Below, piece by piece: positions 39,811 to 50,853 of a stretch of 64,000 nucleotides of DNA. A model generated the notes under the pieces. The model was not told where the DNA came from and made no database searches. It saw only the letters and a list, made by a program, of their open reading frames with translations. A program made the position numbers and the translations under genes. This stretch comes from Waterburya sp. (lineage in GTDB: Bacteria; Cyanobacteriota; Cyanobacteriia; Cyanobacteriales; Xenococcaceae): NCBI GenBank assembly GCA_965217895.1, contig CBDCJV010000002.1:4320001-4384000 (forward strand), given 5' to 3'. Position 1 is the stretch's first letter. The number at the start of each line of letters is the position of its first letter.

Positions 39811-41151
39811 ATGAATAATCAAACCTACGAAGTTGCGATCATCGGTGGTGGTATTTGTGGCACAGCTTTGCTATATACCCTAAGCAACTATACCAATATT
39901 AAGAATATTGCTTTAATCGAAAAAGAATCTGATATTGCTTTAGTTAATTCTTATACTAATAGTAATAGCCAAACTCTCCACTTCGGTGATATTGAAACTA
40001 ACTATACTTTAGCCAAAGCTAAGAATGTTAATGCTGGAGCTAGCTTAGTTAAAAACTATTTATTGAAAAACGATCGCCAGCAGGATATTTATACTAAATA
40101 TCATAAAATGGTCTTAGGAGTTGGTCTAGATCAGTGCCAAAAATTAAGAGATAGATATCAAGAATTTAAACAACTTTTTCCTAATTTAAGATTGTTAAAT
40201 CAGGCAGATATAGCAGCTAAAGAACCAAAAGTTTTGGAAAGCAGGTCTACAGAAGAAGAGATTATAGCTCTATTTACCGATGAAGGTTATACAGTAGACT
40301 TTAATCTTTTGGCTCGCTCTTTTGTAGCCAATTCTCAGCCCAAACCAGATAAGAATATTAGCCTATTGTTAAATACTAAAGTCAAGCAAATAACTAAGAA
40401 AAACGAGCTATATCAAATCAAAATTGCCGATAAAGTCATTCAAGCAAAAACTGTTGCCATAGCAGCAGGGGCGCATAGTCTATTATTTGCCAAATCCTTG
40501 GGCTATGGTCTAAATTACGCTTTGCTTAGTGTGGCGGGAAGTTTTTACTTTGCGCCTGGAGTACTTAACGGTAAAGTATACACTGTACAGCGTCAAAAGC
40601 TTCCCTTTGCCGCAATTCACGGCGATCCTGAAGTCCATAATAGCGCGATCGCTCGTTTTGGACCAACAGCCAAAGTATTGCCGCTATTAGAACGCCATAA
40701 TTACTCTAGCATACTGGAATATTTTCAAACCGCAGGCTTAAGTATGAAGGCAGCGATTAGCTTTTTAAAAATCTTAGCCGATCCAATTATTCTTAACTAT
40801 ATTGCCCTCAATTTTATTTATGATTTTCCTGTTATTGGCAAAAGACTATTTATTAAGGAAGTAAAGAAAATAATTCCTGCGATCGAGCTAAATGATCTTA
40901 GTTATGCTAAAGGTTATGGTGGCGTTAGACCACAGGTAGTAAATCTTAATACTCAAGCATTAGAAATGGGAGAAGCCAAAATTATTGGCGATAAAATTAT
41001 TTTTAACATTACTCCTTCCCCTGGAGCTTCTACCTGTTTGCAAAACGCTTTAGAAGATACAGCTAGAATAGTTGACTTTTTAGCTGAAGGTTACCAGTTC
41101 GATCGCCAACAGTTTTTAATAGACTTAGCTTCTAACCCAGCGATCGCTTAA
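39811..41151 (+). CDS. FAD-dependent oxidoreductase, malate:quinone oxidoreductase-like
   Basis: IIGGGICG, NSQTLHFGDIETNY, FGPTA, TPSPGAS. Confidence 0.7.
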   Translation: MNNQTYEVAIIGGGICGTALLYTLSNYTNIKNIALIEKESDIALVNSYTNSNSQTLHFGDIETNYTLAKAKNVNAGASLVKNYLLKNDRQQDIYTKYHKMVLGVGLDQCQKLRDRYQEFKQLFPNLRLLNQADIAAKEPKVLESRSTEEEIIALFTDEGYTVDFNLLARSFVANSQPKPDKNISLLLNTKVKQITKKNELYQIKIADKVIQAKTVAIAAGAHSLLFAKSLGYGLNYALLSVAGSFYFAPGVLNGKVYTVQRQKLPFAAIHGDPEVHNSAIARFGPTAKVLPLLERHNYSSILEYFQTAGLSMKAAISFLKILADPIILNYIALNFIYDFPVIGKRLFIKEVKKIIPAIELNDLSYAKGYGGVRPQVVNLNTQALEMGEAKIIGDKIIFNITPSPGASTCLQNALEDTARIVDFLAEGYQFDRQQFLIDLASNPAIA

Positions 41152-41352
41152 ATGCTAATCTTAAGCATAAACTTCAGATATAAAAAAAACTCAGTATTTT
41201 TATTCAATAAATATGTTATTATTATTACAATATAAACCTTAATTTGTTTGCAACTCTCTGAAACTATTAAGGGGAATTAAGGATGTGACAATGATAGAAA
41301 ATGATCTGTCATATCAAGCTTTAATTCTATTCCCTCATTTAATTTGACCTCG

Positions 41353-41392
41353 CAATGAGGGTAGATAATTTAATCTAGCCTCGTTGTTTTTT
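41353..41392 (+). terminator. Intrinsic terminator in the region upstream of egtC
   Basis: caatgagg..cctcgttg stem followed by tttttt. Confidence 0.6.
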
Positions 41393-41535
41393 GCCAATAT
41401 TTATTTAAGCTAAATTAAACCTAGTTTTCTATCTATTTGATTGGGCTGAACTAATTTAGCCAACTTTATATAGCTCAAGATCTCCAACGCCATGATTGAA
41501 TATAAAAGGCAGAAAACTAAGTATTTATAAATTTA

Positions 41536-42327
41536 ATGTGTCGATTATTAGGCTATTTAGGTTCATCGATTCAGTTAGACCGTATATTAATTCAGCCACA
41601 GCATTCTTTAATTGTCCAAAGCTATCAGCCCCGTGAAATGACTGCGGGGTTATTAAACGCTGATGGTTTTGGCATAGGCTGGTACAACCAATCAAAACAA
41701 AATCAACCATACATTTATAAAAACATCTTACCTATTTGGAATGATGCTAATTTACCCCAACTGGCAAACTACATCGAATCTAAATGTTACTTAGGATATG
41801 TGCGGAGTGCGACTTCTAATCTTTCGGTAGATATGATTAACTGCCAGCCTTTTAACCATCAAAATCTTTTGTTTGTTCACAATGGCTTTATCGATCATTT
41901 TCGCAAAACCCTTTATCGACCTATCCGCAATAGCCTAGACGATTTTGCCTATCAACGTATTGAAGGCACTACAGATTCTGAACATATTTTTGCCCTGGTA
42001 GTTAATGAGCTAGACAATAACCAAAACACCACCCTCCAAGAGGCTTTAACTAATACTATTACTCATTTAGCAAAACTAGCTCAACCAGATGAAATATGCT
42101 TTTCTGCCAACATAATTTTGAGTAATGGCAAAGAATTAGCAGCCTGTCGCTATTCTAACCGTGAGGCTAGTCCTAGCTTATACTATATAAAAAACGATTC
42201 AGTTTATGCAGAAGCAGTAATTATCGCCTCAGAGCCTATGTTTGAGGGTAATTGGATTAGCTGCCCAGAACACAGCATTATTGGTGTAGGAGAAAATCTT
42301 GAAATTAGCCTCAATTCCCTTTCATAA
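41536..42327 (+). CDS. egtC: Ergothioneine biosynthesis amidohydrolase EgtC
   Basis: N-terminal MCRL (Ntn hydrolase), NADGFGIGWY, VRSAT, HNG, TDSEH; overlaps egtB. Confidence 0.9.
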   Translation: MCRLLGYLGSSIQLDRILIQPQHSLIVQSYQPREMTAGLLNADGFGIGWYNQSKQNQPYIYKNILPIWNDANLPQLANYIESKCYLGYVRSATSNLSVDMINCQPFNHQNLLFVHNGFIDHFRKTLYRPIRNSLDDFAYQRIEGTTDSEHIFALVVNELDNNQNTTLQEALTNTITHLAKLAQPDEICFSANIILSNGKELAACRYSNREASPSLYYIKNDSVYAEAVIIASEPMFEGNWISCPEHSIIGVGENLEISLNSLS

Positions 42328-43522
42328 GCAAGCGATCGCTTTAGCACTATTAAAGACTCGTCAGAATACCTTAGATCTGCTGTCCACAATCGATCATTCT
42401 TTCTTTTCTCATCAGGCTCATCCAGGGTTTAGTCCTATTGGCTGGCACTTTGGTCATATAGCTTTTACTGAAGCCTACTGGATTTTAGAATACCTTGGCG
42501 GATATGCTCCTTTATTTCCTGAGTACCAACGTTTATTCTCTGCCGATGGACTACCAAAACAAGAGCGTCAGCATCTACCTAGCATGATGGTCATTCAAGA
42601 CTATTTGCAAGCTGTTAGAGCCAGAGTATTTGACTATTTAAAAACTGCCCCCGTAGCCAAACAAGAGCGTCTTTGGCGGTGGTTAATTCAGCACGAAAGC
42701 CAACACAGCGAGACTATCACGTTTATCTGGCAACTGCATCAGCAAACCCACGACTTGCGCCACAACATAATTAATTTTAGTCACTCAACCTCCCAATTTG
42801 GCTCTCAAAGCTTGACTAACGAGATGGCTAAATTAGACGCAATGGTCAAAGTTAAAGCGGGGGAGTTTGTTATGGGTAGTAACGCTATTCAAGCTCTAGA
42901 CAATGAATGTCCTGCTCATTTGATACACCTAGATGACTACTGGATTGATCGCTATCCTGTAACCTGTGGGCAATACTATCAATTCATAGCTGCGGGAGGA
43001 TATCAAAAGCGTCATTATTGGAGCGATCGAGGTTGGCAATGGCTACAGCAAAACCCCGTTTCTCAGCCTTTATTTTGGTCAGATAACCTGGATTGGATCG
43101 ATCATCCTGTATGTGGGGTTAGCTGTTACGAAGCCGAAGCCTATGCCAAGTTTATGGAGAAAAGACTACCTACGGAGGTAGAATGGGAAAAAGCAGCAGC
43201 AGGAGCATCTCTCAACTCAAATCATCACCGTGTAATTGGACATACTAGCTCGGTAGATGCTTATCCAGATTCAAGTAAATATGGCTGTCGAGATATGCTG
43301 GGTAATGTTTGGGAGTGGACTGCTTCTTGGTTTGCTGCCTATCCAGACTTTAGTAATTATCCTTATCCTGGTTATTCAGAAGCTTATTTTGACAATCAAC
43401 ACCGAGTATTGCGGGGTGGCAGTTGGGCTACTAATAGTTCAGTGTTGAGAACTACTTTTCGCAATTGGTATCATCCAGAGGTAAGACAGATTTTTGCTGG
43501 ATTTAGATGTGTCAAAGATTAA
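42299..43522 (+). CDS. egtB: Ergothioneine sulfoxide synthase EgtB (DinB plus FGE-sulfatase)
   Basis: SPIGWHFGH, HESQHSE iron ligands, RLPTE.EWEKA, GNVWEW, RGGSW, FRNWY. Confidence 0.85.
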   Translation: MKLASIPFHKQAIALALLKTRQNTLDLLSTIDHSFFSHQAHPGFSPIGWHFGHIAFTEAYWILEYLGGYAPLFPEYQRLFSADGLPKQERQHLPSMMVIQDYLQAVRARVFDYLKTAPVAKQERLWRWLIQHESQHSETITFIWQLHQQTHDLRHNIINFSHSTSQFGSQSLTNEMAKLDAMVKVKAGEFVMGSNAIQALDNECPAHLIHLDDYWIDRYPVTCGQYYQFIAAGGYQKRHYWSDRGWQWLQQNPVSQPLFWSDNLDWIDHPVCGVSCYEAEAYAKFMEKRLPTEVEWEKAAAGASLNSNHHRVIGHTSSVDAYPDSSKYGCRDMLGNVWEWTASWFAAYPDFSNYPYPGYSEAYFDNQHRVLRGGSWATNSSVLRTTFRNWYHPEVRQIFAGFRCVKD

Positions 43523-43574
43523 TCTCTGCTTTTTCAGACTTCTACCCCTATTAAGGTGAGCATTAATATAATTT

Positions 43575-44858
43575 ATGAATCAAGAACTGGAATTACTGCT
43601 TCAGTTGGCATCCCGTCAAGGAGCAAGTCATGCAGAAGTTTATCAGGTGACATCTCAATCCCAGCCAGTATTTTTTGAGGGGAATCGTCTCAAGCAGCTA
43701 GAAAGTTCTCAATCTATAGGTACAGCTTTAAGACTATGGCATGACAATAAGCCAGGTTTAGCGGTGGCTTATGGCAACCTTGAGCCAGAATTGTTAGTCA
43801 GTAAAGCGATCGCTTTATCAAACCTTAACCAACCTGAAACTATAGAATTAGCACCCCCTAGAAAGGCAATTCACGATTCGACAGGCGTGCAGGCAAGCGT
43901 AACTGAATTAATAGAACTGGGCAATCAAACAATCGAAAGGCTACGGGAAGAATATCCTGAGTTAGTTTGTTCTGCCGAGCTTGAATCAGAGCAGGAAACT
44001 ACTACCCTAATTAACTCTCAGGGATTACACTGTCACTATAAAGAATCTGGTTTAAGCTACTATATTGGCGCGGAGCTAGTGCGTGGTGAAGACTTTTTGA
44101 GCGTCTATGACGGAGAATACACCAAAGAGAAACTACATCCTGATTTAGCGATTGAGCAAATTGTCAAACGTCTTGATTGGGCAAAGCGCAACGTTGCGAC
44201 CCCTCAAGGCATTGTACCAGTATTACTCACGGCTAATGCTGCTAATTTGCTTTGGGATACTGTTTCATCGGCTTTAAACGGCAAAAGAGTCAAAGAAAAC
44301 TCATCTCCCTGGAGTAGCCAGCGTCAGCAATTAGTTGTCTCAAAATCAATTAGTCTTTCTCAACAGCCAGATCTAAAACCCTATGACTGTCCTTTTGACG
44401 ATGAAGGAATGCCAACTCAAAAACTGGAGCTTATTTCTCAAGGAATAGTCAATCAGTTTTATAGCGATCGCACTATTGCTAGAGAATTAAATCTTCAACC
44501 AACAGGAAACGGTTTTCGCTCTGATTTGGATAGCTATCCTAGTCCTACCTTAGTAAATCTTATTGTTACTCCAGGTGATAGCTCATTTTCAGAATTAATC
44601 GCCAAATTAGATAATGGCATTATTGTCGATCAAATGCTTGGCGGTGGTGCAGATATTAGTGGCGACTTTTGCGTTAGTCTAGATCTAGGCTATCGAGTTG
44701 AAAATGGCAGGATAACTGGTCGAGTAAAAGATACGGCAATCTCAGGCAATGTCTATCAAATCTTACAAGAGGTAGTTGCTTTGGGCAATGATTCTGTTTG
44801 GAATGGTTCTTGTTTTACGCCTTCATTGATAGTAGAGGGAATTTCAGTTACAGGTTAA
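43575..44858 (+). CDS. pmbA: TldD/PmbA-family protein (PmbA-like)
   Basis: FDDEG.PT, TGNG, SGDF, VKDT.ISGN. Confidence 0.8.
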   Translation: MNQELELLLQLASRQGASHAEVYQVTSQSQPVFFEGNRLKQLESSQSIGTALRLWHDNKPGLAVAYGNLEPELLVSKAIALSNLNQPETIELAPPRKAIHDSTGVQASVTELIELGNQTIERLREEYPELVCSAELESEQETTTLINSQGLHCHYKESGLSYYIGAELVRGEDFLSVYDGEYTKEKLHPDLAIEQIVKRLDWAKRNVATPQGIVPVLLTANAANLLWDTVSSALNGKRVKENSSPWSSQRQQLVVSKSISLSQQPDLKPYDCPFDDEGMPTQKLELISQGIVNQFYSDRTIARELNLQPTGNGFRSDLDSYPSPTLVNLIVTPGDSSFSELIAKLDNGIIVDQMLGGGADISGDFCVSLDLGYRVENGRITGRVKDTAISGNVYQILQEVVALGNDSVWNGSCFTPSLIVEGISVTG

Positions 44859-44888
44859 TTTTTTAGAACAGACTTCTTGTGCAAATCG

Positions 44889-45824
44889 TTATTGGCCAAT
44901 TCGCTCTGTTTGGTGAAAACATTGGAAATCTATATAATGTTGCCCTTCAACTTCATGGAAAATATTTACAAAATTATGATTCCATAAAATCTCATTAGCA
45001 CTATAGGTATGGGTTGTATGAAGCGCGTGATAGACGGTTTGATCGATTCCATTTAAAGAAACAATCAGCATCGCTCTGGTTTTGGCTAAAGATTCTGGGG
45101 TGGCTTGCCATAAAGGACTGGTTTCATCAATTGGGTGCATAATAGTCCAGCTTAGGGTAAACCTTGGGGTTTGATTTCTTAGCAACTTTAATAAATAAAA
45201 CCGACGCATAAATTCCCCTTCAGAAGTTATTTCATCTCGCATCAAATAAACTCGAACCTGAGCCTCTAATATTTGATTATGTCGTTGGTTAGCAGTTCGC
45301 ATCGTTAGAGTAGGTATACCATTATGGGCGTTAACAATGGCTACTTTGCTAAATATCACCCTAGCGGTAGGTCGGGAAAACTTAGCAAAAACTAATCCTG
45401 TCATTACAGCAATACTAATAATTCCCACCCAAGCTTCTATGGTTACTAATATATCTGCGTAGAAGGTATTAGGATACATTGCCCCATAACCGAGAGAAGC
45501 CAGCGTTTGGACGCTAAAGAAAAAGGCATCACCAAATGAGCCAGAATCAGCGTTGGCAATACAGTCACCTCCCAATAGATAACTCAGAGCAAAAAGGGCA
45601 TTAACTCCACAGTAAGCGATCGCGCTCAATAAAAAAAAGATCCACCAAGGTACAGTCAGCATTAGGTAATAAGGCTCTCGCCAATAACTATGCCAGCTAT
45701 CTACACCAGGAATGTCAAAGCGTCCATCACGAAAGTCGATTGGGAATTTTGGAGGACGACGACTAGATATACGTTTGTTTTTAACGATACGTTTCTTGCG
45801 TCTGGGGTTTGGTGGGGGCAACAT
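44889..45824 (-). CDS. Inward-rectifier potassium channel (KirBac-like)
   Basis: FFFSVQTLASLGYG pore, FSRP.A..IFS, SWTIMHPIDETSPL. Confidence 0.9.
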   Translation of the reverse strand: MLPPPNPRRKKRIVKNKRISSRRPPKFPIDFRDGRFDIPGVDSWHSYWREPYYLMLTVPWWIFFLLSAIAYCGVNALFALSYLLGGDCIANADSGSFGDAFFFSVQTLASLGYGAMYPNTFYADILVTIEAWVGIISIAVMTGLVFAKFSRPTARVIFSKVAIVNAHNGIPTLTMRTANQRHNQILEAQVRVYLMRDEITSEGEFMRRFYLLKLLRNQTPRFTLSWTIMHPIDETSPLWQATPESLAKTRAMLIVSLNGIDQTVYHALHTTHTYSANEILWNHNFVNIFHEVEGQHYIDFQCFHQTERIGQ

Positions 45825-46066
45825 ACATTAAATCGGTGCAAGTTTGCTAAATTCTTTTTAGCTTAGTTTGGTTAAAAGATAAAATATAAAATAAGTAGCC
45901 AGAAACTTTTAAAATGAATAAGCTACTCATAATATTAGGCTTCTTGCATAAACAAACTACTAACGCTTTTTACCTTTTACCTCCTGATAAGGTAATTAAC
46001 CATAATTTGTGCCAGAAATCTAGCAACTACAAGACTGCATTGGCGTTTATTTAAAAATTAAAATAA

Positions 46067-46477
46067 ATGAAATTTAATTTTTCCTATACCAGACTGTATG
46101 TAAACGATTACGATACCTGCTTACAATTTTATCGAGATGTATTGGGGTTAGAGGCTGTTTTTATATCTCAGGTCGATCGCTATGTCGAATTGACTAACGG
46201 TAAAACTAAACTTACTATTATGTGTCGTAGTAAGCTCAAAGAATACTTTGGCAAGCAAACCTCTGTTTCTTTTGGACAAAAAGACGATGCGATCGCCATA
46301 AGCTTTAGCGTTAAGGACATAGATGAAGCCGTGAAGTATTTAGAGAGTAAAAATGTAGAAATTGTCTCTGTACCTTGGAACTTTGCCGATTGGGGTGTAA
46401 AGCTTGCTTTAGTAAGAGATCCTGAAGGAAATTTAATTGAGTTAGTTCAACCTGGGGAAATGGTTGGTGCTGAGTAA
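46067..46477 (+). CDS. VOC/glyoxalase-family protein
   Basis: FYRDVLGL, WG....VRDPEGNLIEL. Confidence 0.9.
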   Translation: MKFNFSYTRLYVNDYDTCLQFYRDVLGLEAVFISQVDRYVELTNGKTKLTIMCRSKLKEYFGKQTSVSFGQKDDAIAISFSVKDIDEAVKYLESKNVEIVSVPWNFADWGVKLALVRDPEGNLIELVQPGEMVGAE

Positions 46478-46874
46478 AATTAGAGTTTGTCAAAACAACA
46501 GTTAGGACAGTTAAGCAGTTAGAACAGTTAGAAAAGCGACCCCCTAAAGGGCTTCGATAGCTGTTGTTTCGTTAATAATTAAATTTTGAATGTAGCTATT
46601 CATTCAAAAGTGTTTTTTTAGTTATTAGACCTTTTGCATGAATCAGGCGATCGCTAAATCTATAGCAATTCTCAAATCAATGAGGTACATCAGCTAAGTT
46701 CTGGAAAAAAGCGCAAAACCTTTCCCGTCGTTACAACCTACGGTGTAATTTGATTGCATCATTATTTAACTACAAGTTTAATGATAAAAATTGATAAGTC
46801 TGCGGGAAGAATAGCAATAGATCGACATTTGCCGAAATTCATCTGACAAATATTAACTTATATAAATCACTACA

Positions 46875-48689
46875 ATGCGTCAATTTATCAAACAGACTTT
46901 TGCTAGCACTCTTGGTAGCATGATTGGCTTATTTCTTTTTATTACTCTGGGTGCAGGCGGATTAGTTTTTATTTTCTTGACCGTAGTTGCTAAAGATGAA
47001 AATTCCCCAGGAATTAAAGATAAGTCAATATTAGTTTTCGATCTATCAACCCAATTGAGAGATTCAAAACCTCCTGTTAACATAGCTCAGGCTTTTTCTA
47101 GCAAGGATCAAGATACTATTACCCTGCGTCGAGTGCTGCAATCAATAGACCAGGCAACTAAAGATGATCGCATTGTCGCTTTATTGTTGGATGGTAGAAA
47201 AGGGAGCAGTCTTAGTGGTTATGCCACCATCGAAGAAGTGAGAGCAGCTTTAAATAAGTTTAAGGCTGCGGGTAAAAAAATTATTGCTTACGATGTAACC
47301 TTAAGCGAGCAAGAATATTATTTGTCCTCTCTGGCTGATGAAGTGATTGTCAATCCTATGGGCATGATGGAACTAAATGGTCTAAGTTCCCAGCAAATGT
47401 TTTTCAAAGGCGCGTTGGACAAATATGGCGTAGGCGTGCAGGTAATTCGAGTTGGTAATTATAAATCTGCGGTTGAACCTTATATTCGTAACAATCTTAG
47501 TGAAGCAAATCGAGAACAAACTAAAGTCTTATTAACAGATTTGTGGTCTAAGTTCTTAAACACCATAGCTGACAGTAGAAGTTTAAACGCAGCTAAATTA
47601 CAAAAAGTTGTTAACCAGCAAGGATATCTTGAGCCTGAAGAAGCTAAAAAAATCGGCTTGATTGATCGGGTAGGTTATTACGACAATGTAGCCTCCAAGC
47701 TGCGAGAATTTACAGGTGAAACTAAAGAGACTGAGAAAGAAGAAAGCTTTAGACAGGTTGAGCTTAGTGAGTATGCCGATCGCACTATCCGCCCGAATGA
47801 AGCCACTTCTAATGCTGGGCAAAAAATTGCCGTAGTTTATGCAGAAGGGACAATTGTTGATGGAGAAGGTAGCATTGAAACCATTGGTGGCGATCGCTTT
47901 GCCGAAGAATTTCGTGAACTTAGAGAAGACAATAGCGTCAAGGCGATCGTTTTGCGGGTAAATAGTCCTGGTGGTGGGGCGACAGCTTCAGATGTAATTT
48001 TACGAGAAATACTGCTAACTAAAGAGAAAAAGCCCGTCATCGTCTCTATGGGTAATGTGGCTGCTTCTGGAGGCTACTGGATTGCTGCGGGCGCAGATGA
48101 AATATTTGCTGAAGAAAATACCATTACAGGGTCAATTGGGGTTTTTGGCTTGTTGTCTAATATTCAAGAAATTGCGAACAAAAATGGTGTTACTTGGGAC
48201 GTGGTTAAAACAGGCAAATTTGCCGATATTGATTCGACTGTGCGACCCAAAACTAAGGCAGAGCTTGCTATTTATCAAAAATCTGTCAATAGAACCTATC
48301 AACTCTTTGTGAACAAAGTAGCCAGCTATCGTCATCTTCCCGAAAAGAAAGTTAACCAGATTGCTCAAGGTAGGGTATGGTCAGGAAAAGAAGCGGTAAA
48401 AATGGGCTTAGTAGATCGGATTGGTGGCTTAGAAAGTGCGATCGCCTATGCTGCTAAAGAGGCTAAATTAGGCACCAATTGGCAGTTAGAAGAATATCCC
48501 CAGCAGAATCCTTTTGAAACGGAAATATTCCAACGTTTGTTTGCTGTGAAATCTTTCCAACCCCAAAGAACAATCGACCCACTGACTGCTGAATTATTAA
48601 AAATAAGACAACAATTATCACTCTTAGAAGGATTTAACGATCCTAGAGGTGTTTATGCCCGCTTACCTTTTAATTTTGAAATTGATTAA
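46875..48689 (+). CDS. sppA: Signal peptide peptidase SppA (long form)
   Basis: YKSAVEP, RVNSPGG, SMGNVAASGGYW, TGSIGV, AQGRVW. Confidence 0.95.
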   Translation: MRQFIKQTFASTLGSMIGLFLFITLGAGGLVFIFLTVVAKDENSPGIKDKSILVFDLSTQLRDSKPPVNIAQAFSSKDQDTITLRRVLQSIDQATKDDRIVALLLDGRKGSSLSGYATIEEVRAALNKFKAAGKKIIAYDVTLSEQEYYLSSLADEVIVNPMGMMELNGLSSQQMFFKGALDKYGVGVQVIRVGNYKSAVEPYIRNNLSEANREQTKVLLTDLWSKFLNTIADSRSLNAAKLQKVVNQQGYLEPEEAKKIGLIDRVGYYDNVASKLREFTGETKETEKEESFRQVELSEYADRTIRPNEATSNAGQKIAVVYAEGTIVDGEGSIETIGGDRFAEEFRELREDNSVKAIVLRVNSPGGGATASDVILREILLTKEKKPVIVSMGNVAASGGYWIAAGADEIFAEENTITGSIGVFGLLSNIQEIANKNGVTWDVVKTGKFADIDSTVRPKTKAELAIYQKSVNRTYQLFVNKVASYRHLPEKKVNQIAQGRVWSGKEAVKMGLVDRIGGLESAIAYAAKEAKLGTNWQLEEYPQQNPFETEIFQRLFAVKSFQPQRTIDPLTAELLKIRQQLSLLEGFNDPRGVYARLPFNFEID

Positions 48690-48704
48690 CTAGTATTAGT
48701 AGTT

Positions 48705-49451
48705 TTACAGGTTTTTAACAGTCTCGTTTGAGGTAGAGTCCTCAAAGTTTTGTGAGATAGCCCAAGCTGTATTGATTAGCTGCATCGCTTTTTCTGAGCC
48801 ATCCAAATCTGGATGATATTTAAAGCTCATTTTAAGATACGAGGAACGTCCAAAAAGCGAAAAGGCTACTGCATACCAAATTAAATCTAAACCATCGACA
48901 ATATAATTTTGATAGGTTTTATATTCTTCTAGGTTACGAGCTACTAGCTGCTGATACATCTTTTCGGCATTAGGTAATGCTTGCCTAATTTGATCGATGG
49001 AAATTGAGTAATCAGCGTAGCTATTGGGGTTATCGGGAATTTCTGAAACAATCGCATATTCATCTAAATTAATTAGAGCTTGATTGAGAGCCTTTTTGTG
49101 ATTGTCCTCAACTGAGATATTAGAAACAGAAGAATATAAAGTATTTAATAAATCTTGATTACCCTGACATTCGGCGTGGAGTTCTAAAAACTCTTGGGAT
49201 AAACTAGCGATGCGTTCTAATTTATTTAGTTTAGGTCTTAATTCCTCAGCTTGAGTATGCAGCCTTAAAGCCTCTCCATCAAGCTGATTACGAAGCTGTT
49301 GTTTTTGCTGTAGCTTGGTTTCCAACTCGACTATATGTTGATTAACCTTTACTTGTTCTTGCTGATTAGCTTTTTCTTTTAGCTCAATCTGCTCTAACTG
49401 AGACTTTATTTGAGCAACAGTTTCCATTATATTCATAATTTTTATAATCAA
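48705..49451 (-). CDS. Coiled-coil protein with C-terminal J-domain-like HPD motif
   Basis: Q/E/K-rich N-terminus; KYHPDLDGSEKAMQLINTAW. Confidence 0.6.
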   Translation of the reverse strand: MIIKIMNIMETVAQIKSQLEQIELKEKANQQEQVKVNQHIVELETKLQQKQQLRNQLDGEALRLHTQAEELRPKLNKLERIASLSQEFLELHAECQGNQDLLNTLYSSVSNISVEDNHKKALNQALINLDEYAIVSEIPDNPNSYADYSISIDQIRQALPNAEKMYQQLVARNLEEYKTYQNYIVDGLDLIWYAVAFSLFGRSSYLKMSFKYHPDLDGSEKAMQLINTAWAISQNFEDSTSNETVKNL

Positions 49452-49574
49452 TTATATTTAGCTATTAATCGATAATTATTAATTTTAGTTAGCTGAAAAT
49501 TGCTATAGCCTATATCAGTTATAGCTTTTAAATTATGACATTAGATTTAGGTAAGGGCGAATGGCGATTCACTG

Positions 49575-50753
49575 TTATTTTAGAGTAGCAATCGAGATTT
49601 GGGCATCTAAAATTGCTTGTCTTGCCCAGCGATCGGCAGCTAAAATAGCATCTAAGTTAGGTTGAGCAGTGTTTTGAGTACTAAAGCGATCGCAAACTTG
49701 CTCAATTAAACGAGGAATATCCAAAAAATCAATTTTCTCGCTCAAAAATAACGCCACCGCCTGTTCATTGGCTGCATTCAAAACCGCAGGCATTAATCCT
49801 CCCGCTCTTCCGGCTGCATAAGCAAGCTGCATACAGGGATATTTTTGGTGATCTGGCTCACGAAAAGTCAAGTCCCCTGCTTTAACTAAGTCTAACTGCT
49901 CCCATTCGGTAGAGATTCTTTCTGGCCAAGATAGAGCATAAAGTAAAGGTAAACGCATATCAGCCCAACCCAACTGCGCTAAGACAGAAGTGTCCTGAAC
50001 TTCAACTAGAGAATGGATGATACTCTGGGGATGAATAACAATATCAATGCGATCGTAATCAACGTCAAATAAATAATGCGCCTCGATTACCTCCAAGCCC
50101 TTATTCATCAGCGTTGCTGAATCAATCGTAATTTTTTGTCCCATTGACCAGTTAGGGTGCTTCAGGGCATCTTTAACCGTCACTGAGGCTAATTTCTCGA
50201 CAGGCAAATCTCGAAAAGCTCCCCCAGAAGCGGTCAAAATAATGCGTCGTAAACCTCCTTCGGGAATACCCTGGAGACATTGAAAAATTGCCGAATGTTC
50301 TGAATCAGCAGGAAGTAGCTTGACCTGATGTTTTTTGACTAAAGGTAAGACTACAGGCGCACCTGCAATCAAAGTTTCTTTGTTAGCTAAAGCAATATCT
50401 TTTCCTGCTTCGATAGCTGCAATGGTGGGTAATAAACCCGCACAGCCGACGATGCCTGTAACTACGCTTTGAGCATCGCCATAGCGAGCGACTTCACAAA
50501 TACCTTCTTGACCAACTAATATCTGAGGCTTATTGGGCAAAAAAGCGATCGCCTCTTTTAGTCGAGCTAACTTTTTTTCATTGCCCAAAGCAACTATTTC
50601 TGGCTGAAATTTACTAATTTGTTCAGCTAAAAGAGCAATATTACTCCCTGCTGCTAAACCCACCACCCGAAATTTATCAGGATTATCAGTAACAATATCC
50701 AGGGTTTGCGTGCCAATAGAGCCAGTAGACCCCAAAATAGTAATTGCCTTCAT
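49575..50753 (-). CDS. dxr: 1-deoxy-D-xylulose-5-phosphate reductoisomerase
   Basis: [38 protein letters not shown]. Confidence 0.97.
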   Translation of the reverse strand: MKAITILGSTGSIGTQTLDIVTDNPDKFRVVGLAAGSNIALLAEQISKFQPEIVALGNEKKLARLKEAIAFLPNKPQILVGQEGICEVARYGDAQSVVTGIVGCAGLLPTIAAIEAGKDIALANKETLIAGAPVVLPLVKKHQVKLLPADSEHSAIFQCLQGIPEGGLRRIILTASGGAFRDLPVEKLASVTVKDALKHPNWSMGQKITIDSATLMNKGLEVIEAHYLFDVDYDRIDIVIHPQSIIHSLVEVQDTSVLAQLGWADMRLPLLYALSWPERISTEWEQLDLVKAGDLTFREPDHQKYPCMQLAYAAGRAGGLMPAVLNAANEQAVALFLSEKIDFLDIPRLIEQVCDRFSTQNTAQPNLDAILAADRWARQAILDAQISIATLK

Positions 50754-50853
50754 GATTTTTATATAGCGACTTAATATCTATCATCACTATATGTTCTTGA
50801 GTGGGCTGAAGTTAAGATTTTTTTAGATAAGTCCTCATAACAATGTTTCAGAT

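Noticed and set aside
42299..43522. Selenoneine (SenA) or ovothiol (OvoA) synthase
   Set aside because: No senB/selD neighbours and no C-terminal methyltransferase; overlap with egtC indicates ergothioneine
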